A DNA stretch of 64,000 nucleotides from Escherichia coli (GTDB lineage: Bacteria; Pseudomonadota; Gammaproteobacteria; Enterobacterales; Enterobacteriaceae). The DNA lies in NCBI RefSeq assembly GCF_044324785.1, contig NZ_CP172127.1. One strand, 5' to 3'. Under the pieces are notes generated by a model. It did no database searches. It saw only the letters and a program-made list of their open reading frames with translations, and was not told the origin of the DNA. Every line of letters begins with the position of its first letter. Position 1 is the stretch's first letter. Shown piece by piece: positions 1-8,919 of the stretch. Made by a program: the position numbers and the translations under genes.

Positions 1-23
1 GGCTGGCATTTTTTATGGTTGAG

Positions 24-896
24 TTACCAGCGACCGGACGCGCCGCCACCGCCAGAAGAACCGCCCCCGCCGCTAAATCCGCCGCCACTTGAGCCGCCAC
101 CGGAACCGCTGTTGTCTGAATGATAACTTCTACCAGATGCTTTTTTCTGAAGTACACATAAACAGGTAAAGACCATAATGGTGGTGAAAGTAAAAAAGAA
201 GAAAAATACAGCAATGGAAAAAGTTTTATCGGAGAACAGGAATAAATCTAAAAGATAGATTGCTGAAATACAGACACTGCTTTTACATGCGCGACAAAAA
301 TTACTGCCTTGATGAAAAAACCAGAAAGGGAAAAACATCACTGCAAATACCCAAAAAATAGCAAAGTAGTAATGATCGCTGGAAGACGCTGATTCACTTT
401 CTGAAGGATTAGCCGAATATTGGTGTTGTGAAGTGAGTTGGTTATTCAAAGCGATTATAGCTAACTCTAATCCCTTAGCTAATTTTTGTTGTTTAAATGC
501 GGGTATCATGTTGCTACGGATGATATCTCCAGCCAGAGCATCGGTTACCTTTTCTTCCAGCCCATAACCTACCTGGATGCGGACAGTACGATCCGACCAG
601 GCAACAATGATCAGTATCCCATCATTGCGTTTGGCATCTCCTAAACGCCAATTGTTAAAAACCCTTGTAGCATATTGTTCAATTGTCTCGTCTTTGGTTG
701 TGGGAATAATTAATACAGCAATTTGTACTTGGGTATTATTGAAAATAGATTCTAACTTCCGCGTCAGTTCTTTCTTTTCTTGTGAGTTTAAGCTACTCGT
801 AAGATCCGTAACTTGTTGCTGTAATGATGGGACAATAGTTGGTTGGGCTGCAACAAAGGAACACACGAATGTGAACATTAGTATGAAATAGCGCAT
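24..896 (-). CDS. ygcG: TPM-domain membrane protein YgcG (290 aa from MRYF start)
   Basis: ORF 24..965(-); N-terminal hydrophobic segment, Gly/Ser-rich C-terminal tail; matches E. coli YgcG from memory; start set at Met 896 rather than the upstream alternative start. Confidence 0.8.
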   Translation of the reverse strand: MRYFILMFTFVCSFVAAQPTIVPSLQQQVTDLTSSLNSQEKKELTRKLESIFNNTQVQIAVLIIPTTKDETIEQYATRVFNNWRLGDAKRNDGILIIVAWSDRTVRIQVGYGLEEKVTDALAGDIIRSNMIPAFKQQKLAKGLELAIIALNNQLTSQHQYSANPSESESASSSDHYYFAIFWVFAVMFFPFWFFHQGSNFCRACKSSVCISAIYLLDLFLFSDKTFSIAVFFFFFTFTTIMVFTCLCVLQKKASGRSYHSDNSGSGGGSSGGGFSGGGGSSGGGGASGRW

Positions 897-1189
897 TATA
901 AATTTCTCATTAAATCTGGATAAATAAATTGACGGCGGCATCGGTAATTTGAGATTCGTTATCATTAAAAACGAACACAGAAAAAATAAATATAAATTTG
1001 GTGAATGTTTTTGACATGATTAAATCCATTTTCTTTATTTTCTTCTGACATAATACGTTACTCCCTTTAATTATTAACGATATGTTTCGCATTTTTCTTT
1101 AAACCTGCATGTAACAGAATGTTAATAAGACATGATTGTTGCGGCAGGATCTGCAATAATTAACAATTATCCACTTCACTGAGAATGCT

Positions 1190-1861
1190 ATGCAGTACCC
1201 GATTAACGAGATGTTCCAGACCCTGCAAGGTGAGGGTTACTTTACCGGCGTTCCCGCCATTTTTATTCGTTTACAGGGATGCCCGGTTGGCTGTGCCTGG
1301 TGCGACACCAAACACACCTGGGAAAAGCTTGAGGATCGGGAAGTCTCCCTTTTCAGCATTCTGGCGAAGACCAAAGAGAGTGATAAGTGGGGGGCGGCGA
1401 GCAGTGAAGACTTGCTGGCTGTCATTGGTCGCCAGGGATACACCGCGCGGCATGTGGTGATTACGGGTGGTGAGCCTTGCATTCATGATTTGCTGCCACT
1501 GACTGACCTGCTCGAAAAGAACGGTTTTAGCTGCCAGATCGAAACCAGTGGTACTCATGAGGTACGCTGCACACCGAATACCTGGGTTACCGTATCGCCA
1601 AAGCTGAACATGCGCGGCGGCTATGAAGTGTTGTCACAGGCACTGGAGCGAGCCAACGAAATCAAGCATCCAGTGGGACGCGTACGTGATATTGAAGCAC
1701 TGGATGAACTACTGGCAACACTGACCGATGATAAACCGCGAGTCATTGCGCTGCAGCCGATTAGCCAAAAGGATGATGCCACACGTTTGTGCATTGAAAC
1801 CTGCATTGCACGTAATTGGCGTTTGTCGATGCAAACACATAAATATTTAAATATTGCCTGA
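1190..1861 (+). CDS. queE: 7-carboxy-7-deazaguanine synthase (radical SAM)
   Basis: 223-aa ORF; N-terminus MQYPINEMFQTLQGEGYFTGVPAIFIRLQGCPVGCAWCDTK with CxxxCxxC-type radical-SAM cysteines; matches E. coli QueE/YgcF. Confidence 0.93.
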   Translation: MQYPINEMFQTLQGEGYFTGVPAIFIRLQGCPVGCAWCDTKHTWEKLEDREVSLFSILAKTKESDKWGAASSEDLLAVIGRQGYTARHVVITGGEPCIHDLLPLTDLLEKNGFSCQIETSGTHEVRCTPNTWVTVSPKLNMRGGYEVLSQALERANEIKHPVGRVRDIEALDELLATLTDDKPRVIALQPISQKDDATRLCIETCIARNWRLSMQTHKYLNIA

Positions 1862-2039
1862 TTAAACATTTATAAGCGTTATAAATGGGTGGGACCTGTA
1901 AAGACTTCTACTCATTTATATTCTTTGTCGCCTCTGAAAAACCTCCATTTTGCCCATCCTGGGCTAATCATTATCATTCTCTACAAATTCTATGGCGTTA
2001 ATTTTTCGTTGGAGTGAAAATTATTGCGGTGAAATTTGG

Positions 2040-2199
2040 TAGATTTTAGTTTGAATAGAGTTATTTTAAATATTTATCTTTTTAATCAATGGATTAAATG
2101 CTCTTTAACATAATGGATGTGTTGTTTGTGTGATCCTGTAAAGTTGGTAGATTGTGACTGGCTTAAAAAATCATTAATTAATAATAGGTTATGTTTAGA
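2040..2199 (+). other. AT-rich CRISPR leader
   Basis: AT-rich block immediately upstream of first repeat; shares the motif gttggtagattgt with the leader of the cas-adjacent array at 28716..28811. Confidence 0.7.
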
Positions 2200-2777
2200 G
2201 TGTTCCCCGCGCCAGCGGGGATAAACCGGGCGTTTCATGCTCATTGTTACCAACCCGCCAGTGTTCCCCGCGCCAGCGGGGATAAACCGCCGATGATCGG
2301 GCTCGGCATTTCGTCGAGGGGGTGTTCCCCGCGCCAGCGGGGATAAACCGGCTTGCAGCAGCTGCGCCAACGTCTGAATATGGTGTTCCCCGCGCCAGCG
2401 GGGATAAACCGATGGTGAGTGGTTGCATATGTGCCTGGCTATCGTGTTCCCCGCGCCAGCGGGGATAAACCGAGGCTATCTATCAGCCATTCTTCATCTA
2501 CTGAGTGTTCCCCGCGCCAGCGGGGATAAACCGGTCTGCTCGTGAGTCCGCGGCGCGAATTGCCGGTGTTCCCCGCGCCAGCGGGGATAAACCGCGAAGC
2601 TCCTTCCGTTGATTACCAAAATGTTGGTGTTCCCCGCGCCAGCGGGGATAAACCGACCGCCCGAACGGCAAAGGGGGCTTCTGGAAGGAGTTCCCCACGT
2701 CAGCGGGGATAAACCGGACACAGAGCGCCGCTATAGCGCCTATGCCAAGAGTTCCCCGCACCAGCGGGAATAAACCA
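2200..2777 (+). CRISPR. Type I-E CRISPR array, 10 repeats / 9 spacers (E. coli CRISPR II locus between queE and ygcE)
   Basis: 29-nt repeat GTGTTCCCCGCGCCAGCGGGGATAAACCG at exact 61-nt period (2200, 2261, ... 2749); 32-nt unique spacers; last two repeats degenerate (GAGTTCCCCACGTCAGCGGGGATAAACCG, GAGTTCCCCGCACCAGCGGGAATAAACCA), marking the leader-distal end. Confidence 0.97.
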
Positions 2778-3231
2778 CCATATAACCCGTTATCTCTTTC
2801 TCAAGTTTTTATATTAGCAGTACTCGTATTAAGCAACATATCCACGTAACACCTCATGTTCAAAATAGTTCTCCATGCCAGAGAAGTTCACAATTATCGA
2901 TACAAAAAATTAAATTTAATCAAAGTGTTATTTGTATGATTCTTAAATCGTTAAGAAATTTTAATCTATTGTTTTTTTAATATTGAATTAATGCCTGTTA
3001 ATTTTTTCTTTAGAATAACAGTGTATTTTTTAAGCTTGTTATTCATTGATTAAGTAATAAATCTGGAAGTTTGTCTTTGTTTTGAGGCTAATGAGTGGTT
3101 TTACATAACCGCCTCTATAGGCTGTTGATGAATAGTTCTTATGAATAAAGATATCCAGTTCATACTTTAAATGAAAATTGATAAAGTACGGTTTGCGTTG
3201 TCTTTTATTCTAAGGACATCGAGTGTAGTTA

Positions 3232-3370
3232 ATATTCCTTGTAACAACAGGGATAAACCGAACTAGTTAAAGTTTTTATTATGTTCCCTGCATCAGCGGG
3301 GATAAACCGGACTTGTTATCATTTTTTAAGTTGTCGAACTTATGTTCCCCGCGTCAGCGGGGATAACCAT
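3232..3370 (+). CRISPR. Decayed mini CRISPR array (3 degenerate repeats)
   Basis: Repeat-like units at 3232-3260 (only 3' half conserved), 3281-3309 (ATGTTCCCTGCATCAGCGGGGATAAACCG) and 3342-3370 (ATGTTCCCCGCGTCAGCGGGGATAACCAT); spacers of 20 and 32 nt; preceded by about 450 bp of AT-rich sequence. Confidence 0.75.
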
Positions 3371-3415
3371 TCAGGTATGTTCAGGCCGGGCAGTTTCCCG
3401 CCCGGTCTTCCTCAC

Positions 3416-4894
3416 TTACGCATTCGACCAGCTCTGGATCGAATCCGCATTCCCCAATTCCCCATGCATCACTTCATACGATTTTTTCAGGATCACATCA
3501 GTGTGCTTGGTTAGGTCTTTGAAAATGCCTTTATTCATCGCGTCGTAGCGTTTGGCGTTGCTCTCAACAGGCATAAAGATATCTTTCACGCGAACCATTT
3601 TGTCGACAGCCGTTGCGTAATCCGGGTATAGCCCCAGACCTACCGCCGTATTAATCGCTGCCCCCAGGCTTGCACAACCATTAATGGCGTTACGGCGTGC
3701 CGGAAGGTTGAACACGTCGGCAAAAATCTGCATAAACAGATCGCTGTTCGAACCGCCGCCAGTAATGATCACATGCTTTGCAAAGTGATTCATTTCATTA
3801 CACATATTGTCGTAATTGTTCTTCAGCGTCAGCGCCACGCTTTCCAGTATCGAACGATATATCCATGCGTAATCCATGCTGGAATCAAAGCCGATCATAA
3901 TCCCGCGTTTGTACGGTTCCCACGGATTGGTCAGCCAGTCCAGCACCGTCATCAGACCATTACAGCCAGGCGGCACACAAGACGCTTTTTTGTTGAGCAA
4001 ATCTTCCGGTGAAAGATCCTGTGCTTTGGCATCCTGAATTAACGACTCGCCTAACATGTCGCGCAGCCAGCTCACTGTCCACATGCCTTTGCGGATACCG
4101 TAACCTTCATACAGCAATGTTTGCGGAATAGAAGACATAATCGGCCAGTACGCTACCGGATCTTTCGGCAGTGCTTTGCCGTTCATCATCAACGCGATGT
4201 AAGTGCCAAGAGAAATTACCGCAGTTTCATCATCCAGTAACCCGGCTCCCAGTGCTTCTACCGGTTTATCACTGGTGGTACAAACAACCGGCAGCCCAGC
4301 CGGGAAATGTGTCGCCAGCGCGGCTTGAGGAGTGATATGCCCAAGAACAGTGCCCGGCATTTGCACATCAAACAGCATATGACGGGGGATATTAAACTTA
4401 TCCATTACCGCAGCCTCTTCGCTCCATGCCCAGGTCTTATAATCCACCGGCCACTGACCAAAATAGTTGGCGATATTGTCTTTAAACTCGCCGGTTAAGC
4501 GATGCGTCAGATAACCCGAAAAAGAGGTGACATATGCCACGTCAGGATTCGTATGTTCGTAAGGGCGTGTAACGCGTGCATCCTGCCAGCTGATCAACGG
4601 TGCAGCTGGCGTGCCATCGGCTTTCAATAACGCACGGCAGCAACGGATGGATCCCAGACCAATACCGACAATATCGTCTTTATTCCCGGCAAACTGACTC
4701 ATCAAATCGTGACCGGCAAAACATAATGATGCCCATAAATCGTCGTCAGGATGTTCTGCAGTATCGGCATCTGGCGTGTGCATCGGCTGCAATAAACCTT
4801 TGCCTTCGCAAACCACGTTACCTTCCAGATCGTACATCACCACTTTTGTGCTCTGACTTCCACCATCAATCCCTATGATGTATTTCTTCGACAT
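3416..4894 (-). CDS. ygcE: FGGY-family carbohydrate kinase
   Basis: 492-aa ORF; N-terminal MSKKYIIGIDGGSQSTKVVMYD typical of the sugar-kinase ATPase fold; matches E. coli YgcE. Confidence 0.9.
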   Translation of the reverse strand: MSKKYIIGIDGGSQSTKVVMYDLEGNVVCEGKGLLQPMHTPDADTAEHPDDDLWASLCFAGHDLMSQFAGNKDDIVGIGLGSIRCCRALLKADGTPAAPLISWQDARVTRPYEHTNPDVAYVTSFSGYLTHRLTGEFKDNIANYFGQWPVDYKTWAWSEEAAVMDKFNIPRHMLFDVQMPGTVLGHITPQAALATHFPAGLPVVCTTSDKPVEALGAGLLDDETAVISLGTYIALMMNGKALPKDPVAYWPIMSSIPQTLLYEGYGIRKGMWTVSWLRDMLGESLIQDAKAQDLSPEDLLNKKASCVPPGCNGLMTVLDWLTNPWEPYKRGIMIGFDSSMDYAWIYRSILESVALTLKNNYDNMCNEMNHFAKHVIITGGGSNSDLFMQIFADVFNLPARRNAINGCASLGAAINTAVGLGLYPDYATAVDKMVRVKDIFMPVESNAKRYDAMNKGIFKDLTKHTDVILKKSYEVMHGELGNADSIQSWSNA

Positions 4895-4920
4895 GATTTT
4901 TCTCCTGTAATTTTTCTGGC

Positions 4921-6198
4921 TTACTTGCTGTTAGCCGTTGCGGGGGTGCTATCAGCAGTACGAATTTTTTGGAACAGCAAAAAGGTAAAGACGATCACCA
5001 TGGCAAGCGCCGCCATGCCCATCAGCCACATATTGCGGTAGGCTTCTGCTGCGGGCAGGGTGTCTTGCCAGTGGCCGATAATTGGGTAAACGAAGACATC
5101 CGGCAGGAATCCAATCACCGAACAAATACCTACCGTGGTGCCCATAATGTAAGACGGTGTTCTTGCTTCGCCAGGGCAGGCCCAGTACAGCCCGCGTGAG
5201 GCGTAACAGGTGAATCCCAGCAGTAAAATCAGGCCAATCCCCATCGCGACCGATTGCGGGTTAGAGTTCGTGACGAGCAGGGCAGTTAACGCCAGCAGGC
5301 CGAGTACGGAAAGGATTTGGATCACGCGGGTAGGGGATTTCACTTTACTGTAGGTGGTAATAATGCCGCCAAGTGGGCCGCACAGCGCGCGGAAGATTTT
5401 GTTGATCACAATCCCCATGTAGCTCGCCGCCACCAGCGACATGCCGTACATTTCGGTCAGATAGTTGGTGGAGTAACTCAGAATGGCGTAGATGGTGAAG
5501 ACGCCAAAAATCACCATGCTGCAATACCAGGTGGTGCTGATACGCAAAACGGCCAGGATGTCGCTAAGCTGGAATGACTGTTTTTCTTCGTTATTGGCAC
5601 TGCGCAGGTTGTTGTTATCGCTAACAAAAAACCAGCACAGAATCCCCAACAAGATGTAAACCACACTGTAGATGATAATGACCGTTTTCAGGCTGGTGCT
5701 GTCATCCGGTGCAAAGCGAGAAAAGACCCACATGGTAAACACCGCCAGCGACATTACACCGACGCCGCGCAGCCCTTCCATCCAGCCCATAATTTTCCCT
5801 TGCTCACTATGATCGCCCAGCAATGAGGCGGCTTTAATCGACACCGACCACAGCATTAAAATCGTCGTTATCGCAAAGGCGATCTGAATACAGAGCATTA
5901 CCCACAGTGGTGGATATGTTGCCATTATCAGGCCCAGCAATCCGGTAATGATCATCGCGGAAGTAATCATTTTGCGGTGTGAAAATTTATCGGCAATAAC
6001 GCCGCTGGGGGCATAAAGAATAATAGCCGCAATACCAAAGGTACTCATTATTAAACCTATCTCGGTATTGCTGAATCCCATAAATTTCGCCATGGGAATT
6101 TGATAAATATAACGTAAATAAGCCAGGTCAAAACTAACGCCGCCGCTAAAACTAATTATCGCGAGGGTTATCCAACGGCGATATGAGTTGTGTTGCAT
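4921..6198 (-). CDS. yqcE: MFS transporter
   Basis: 425-aa ORF, multiple hydrophobic helices; matches E. coli YqcE; 26-bp gap to ygcE suggests an operon. Confidence 0.88.
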   Translation of the reverse strand: MQHNSYRRWITLAIISFSGGVSFDLAYLRYIYQIPMAKFMGFSNTEIGLIMSTFGIAAIILYAPSGVIADKFSHRKMITSAMIITGLLGLIMATYPPLWVMLCIQIAFAITTILMLWSVSIKAASLLGDHSEQGKIMGWMEGLRGVGVMSLAVFTMWVFSRFAPDDSTSLKTVIIIYSVVYILLGILCWFFVSDNNNLRSANNEEKQSFQLSDILAVLRISTTWYCSMVIFGVFTIYAILSYSTNYLTEMYGMSLVAASYMGIVINKIFRALCGPLGGIITTYSKVKSPTRVIQILSVLGLLALTALLVTNSNPQSVAMGIGLILLLGFTCYASRGLYWACPGEARTPSYIMGTTVGICSVIGFLPDVFVYPIIGHWQDTLPAAEAYRNMWLMGMAALAMVIVFTFLLFQKIRTADSTPATANSK

Positions 6199-6222
6199 AT
6201 CGTATTCCCATTTGTAATAGAC

Positions 6223-6270
6223 AAAAAAAAGAGAAAAGTAAGCCGCCCTTTCAGGTGGATTACTTTTCTC
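6223..6270 (-). terminator. Leader hairpin + U-tract (attenuator-like) upstream of yqcE
   Basis: On the minus strand: perfect 11-bp stem GAGAAAAGUAA / UUACUUUUCUC (6270..6231) with 18-nt loop, followed by U8 (6230..6223), about 25 nt before the yqcE start codon at 6198. Confidence 0.55.
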
Positions 6271-6319
6271 AGGTCTCTAGTAATTGCAATAAGAAATAAC
6301 ATGGAAAGCAGTGGTGTTG

Positions 6320-6335
6320 TGTGAGAGTAATCACG
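6320..6335. promoter_or_regulatory. CRP-like site TGTGA-N6-TCACg
   Basis: tgtgagagtaatcacg, 9/10 match to the TGTGA-N6-TCACA core, in the yqcE/ygcW divergent intergenic region. Confidence 0.45.
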
Positions 6336-6376
6336 CTTCTGCTTTTTAAAATTATTTGACAATTCGAATATCACAC

Positions 6377-6392
6377 TGTGATTACGATCACA
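6377..6392. promoter_or_regulatory. CRP-like site TGTGA-N6-TCACA (perfect half-sites)
   Basis: tgtgattacgatcaca; 57 bp from the other CRP-like site; followed by a TATGAT -10-like hexamer at 6408-6413. Confidence 0.55.
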
Positions 6393-6449
6393 TTAGCGAT
6401 TATGCCCTTATGATAAAAATTATCTCCAGTTACCAGAGATAATGAGAAA

Positions 6450-6492
6450 GGTAACTTCCCTCTCGCGGGGGAAGTTACCTTTCTTTTTTTTT
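6450..6492 (+). terminator. Leader hairpin + U-tract (attenuator-like) upstream of ygcW
   Basis: GGTAACTTCC (6450-6459) pairs perfectly with GGAAGTTACC (6470-6479), loop about 9 nt, then TTTCTTTTTTTTT (6480-6492), 25 nt before the ygcW ATG; an upstream hairpin (ttatctc...gagataa, 6420-6446) could form an alternative structure. Confidence 0.6.
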
Positions 6493-6516
6493 GCCTTACG
6501 GAAATTGGAGCTAACT

Positions 6517-7302
6517 ATGTCAATCGAATCTCTCAATGCGTTCTCAATGGATTTTTTCTCCCTGAAAGGTAAAACCGCTATTGTTACCGGCGGGAATAGC
6601 GGTTTAGGCCAGGCATTTGCCATGGCGCTGGCCAAAGCAGGCGCAAATATCTTTATTCCAAGCTTCGTTAAAGATAACGGCGAAACAAAGGAAATGATTG
6701 AAAAACAGGGTGTTGAAGTTGACTTTATGCAGGTGGATATCACCGCAAAAGGCGCGCCGCAGAAGATAATCGCCGCCTGTTGCGAACGTTTCGGTACCGT
6801 CGATATTCTGGTTAACAATGCCGGTATTTGTAAGCTGAATAAGGTGCTGGACTTCGGTCGTGCCGACTGGGATCCAATGATTGATGTGAACCTGACCGCC
6901 GCATTCGAGTTAAGCTATGAAGCTGCAAAAATTATGATCCCGCAGAAAAGCGGTAAAATCATTAATATCTGTTCATTATTCTCTTACTTAGGTGGACAAT
7001 GGTCACCTGCATATTCTGCCACTAAACATGCTCTTGCCGGATTCACCAAAGCTTATTGTGATGAACTAGGTCAATATAATATTCAGGTAAATGGTATTGC
7101 CCCTGGCTATTATGCAACAGATATTACGCTGGCGACACGCAGTAATCCAGAAACCAATCAGCGCGTTCTTGATCATATTCCGGCAAACCGTTGGGGCGAT
7201 ACTCAGGATTTAATGGGCGCAGCCGTATTCCTCGCAAGTCCGGCTTCAAATTATGTTAACGGGCATTTATTAGTGGTCGATGGCGGTTATTTAGTGCGCT
7301 AA
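6517..7302 (+). CDS. ygcW: Short-chain dehydrogenase/reductase (KduD/IdnO-like)
   Basis: 261 aa from MSIESLNAF; TGGNSGLGQA Rossmann glycine motif; matches E. coli YgcW; track ORF begins upstream at 6442. Confidence 0.88.
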   Translation: MSIESLNAFSMDFFSLKGKTAIVTGGNSGLGQAFAMALAKAGANIFIPSFVKDNGETKEMIEKQGVEVDFMQVDITAKGAPQKIIAACCERFGTVDILVNNAGICKLNKVLDFGRADWDPMIDVNLTAAFELSYEAAKIMIPQKSGKIINICSLFSYLGGQWSPAYSATKHALAGFTKAYCDELGQYNIQVNGIAPGYYATDITLATRSNPETNQRVLDHIPANRWGDTQDLMGAAVFLASPASNYVNGHLLVVDGGYLVR

Positions 7303-7371
7303 TCCATAACGGTGGTTTCTGTTTTCTCTTATTAATGATTATTCCATTTTTATTATCAGGAAGGAATTACT

Positions 7372-8826
7372 ATGTCTTTATCTCGCGCAGCGATAGTCGA
7401 CCAGCTAAAGGAAATTGTTGGTGCAGATCGCGTAATTACCGATGAAACAGTATTAAAGAAAAACAGTATTGACCGTTTTCGCAAATTTCCGGATATTCAT
7501 GGCATTTATACTTTGCCGATTCCGGCAGCGGTCGTAAAACTCGGTTCCACAGAACAAGTATCCCGTGTGCTGAATTTTATGAATGCGCACAAAATTAACG
7601 GTGTGCCGCGTACCGGTGCTTCCGCTACCGAAGGTGGGCTGGAAACCGTTGTGGAAAACTCGGTGGTGCTCGACGGCTCTGCCATGAATCAAATCATTAA
7701 TATTGATATTGAGAATATGCAGGCCACGGCGCAATGTGGTGTTCCGCTGGAAGTGCTGGAAAACGCGTTGCGTGAAAAAGGTTACACCACGGGGCATTCT
7801 CCGCAGTCAAAGCCGCTGGCGCAGATGGGCGGCCTGGTAGCAACCCGCAGTATTGGGCAGTTCTCCACACTCTACGGCGCAATCGAAGATATGGTCGTTG
7901 GTCTGGAAGCAGTATTGGCTGATGGCACCGTGACACGCATTAAAAACGTGCCACGTCGCGCGGCTGGCCCGGACATTCGTCACATCATCATCGGCAACGA
8001 AGGTGCATTGTGCTATATCACTGAAGTAACAGTGAAAATCTTTAAATTCACCCCAGAAAACAACCTCTTCTACGGCTATATCCTGGAAGACATGAAAACC
8101 GGCTTCAACATCCTGCGTGAAATCATGGTGGAAGGGTATCGTCCGTCGATCGCTCGTTTGTATGACGCCGAAGATGGCACCCAACACTTCACCCATTTTG
8201 CCGACGGAAAATGCGTGTTGATCTTTATGGCTGAAGGTAACCCTCGCATTGCGAAGGCGACGGGCGAAGGGATTGCGGAAATCGTAGCTCGCTACCCGCA
8301 ATGCCAGCGCGTGGACAGCAAGCTGATCGAAACCTGGTTTAACAACCTGAACTGGGGACCGGATAAAGTAGCTGCCGAACGTGTGCAGATCCTCAAAACC
8401 GGCAACATGGGCTTTACCACCGAAGTGTCCGGCTGCTGGAGCTGCATTCACGAAATCTACGAAAGCGTTATTAACCGTATTCGTACCGAGTTCCCGCACG
8501 CCGACGACATCACCATGCTGGGCGGTCACTCCTCTCATAGCTACCAGAACGGCACCAACATGTACTTCGTCTACGACTACAACGTCGTTGACTGTAAGCC
8601 GGAAGAGGAAATCGACAAGTACCACAATCCGCTCAACAAAATCATCTGCGAAGAAACCATTCGCCTCGGTGGTTCGATGGTGCACCACCACGGTATCGGT
8701 AAACATCGCGTTCACTGGAGCAAACTGGAACACGGCAGCGCGTGGGCGTTGCTGGAAGGGCTGAAAAAGCAGTTCGATCCTAACGGCATTATGAATACGG
8801 GTACTATCTATCCGATTGAAAAATAA
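7372..8826 (+). CDS. ygcU: FAD-linked oxidase (PCMH-type FAD-binding, GlcD/alkyl-DHAP synthase-like)
   Basis: 484-aa ORF; matches E. coli YgcU. Confidence 0.88.
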   Translation: MSLSRAAIVDQLKEIVGADRVITDETVLKKNSIDRFRKFPDIHGIYTLPIPAAVVKLGSTEQVSRVLNFMNAHKINGVPRTGASATEGGLETVVENSVVLDGSAMNQIINIDIENMQATAQCGVPLEVLENALREKGYTTGHSPQSKPLAQMGGLVATRSIGQFSTLYGAIEDMVVGLEAVLADGTVTRIKNVPRRAAGPDIRHIIIGNEGALCYITEVTVKIFKFTPENNLFYGYILEDMKTGFNILREIMVEGYRPSIARLYDAEDGTQHFTHFADGKCVLIFMAEGNPRIAKATGEGIAEIVARYPQCQRVDSKLIETWFNNLNWGPDKVAAERVQILKTGNMGFTTEVSGCWSCIHEIYESVINRIRTEFPHADDITMLGGHSSHSYQNGTNMYFVYDYNVVDCKPEEEIDKYHNPLNKIICEETIRLGGSMVHHHGIGKHRVHWSKLEHGSAWALLEGLKKQFDPNGIMNTGTIYPIEK

Positions 8827-8919
8827 TGTGTCAGGCAGCGTTCCACGATGACGGGGCGTTGCCATTTCGGCTTCTCAGGCGAGAAGCCGTTCTTATTACC
8901 GGACAATGAAGGGGTAAAG

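Noticed and set aside
27-120. GC-rich near-repetitive DNA (gccgcc / ccaccg runs) at the window start that looked like a tandem repeat
   Set aside because: It encodes the Gly/Ser-rich C-terminal tail of YgcG on the minus strand; a coding low-complexity region, not an independent repeat element
910-1092. 60-aa minus-strand ORF in the ygcG/queE intergenic region
   Set aside because: Lies in the AT-rich divergent promoter region, no convincing SD, product Lys/Ile/Phe-rich as expected from AT-rich noise
2086-2761. Track ORFs 2086..2370, 2195..2428, 2494..2721 and 2498..2761 (minus strand) inside the CRISPR array
   Set aside because: Their translations are dominated by the recurring peptide SPLARGT / FIPAGAGNT, which is simply the repeat read in frame; artefacts of the array
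3380-3410. Hairpin ccgggc...gcccgg just downstream of ygcE as a ygcE terminator
   Set aside because: On the minus strand it is not followed by a U-tract, so it was not called as an intrinsic terminator
7807-8865. Long antisense ORFs inside highly coding genes (7807..8865 in ygcU, 16795..17847 in cysI, 46457..47029 in mutS, 58563..59996 in hycE and others)
   Set aside because: Each lies entirely opposite a recognised gene; products are Arg/His/Gly-rich and low-complexity, typical of antisense frames in GC-rich coding sequence
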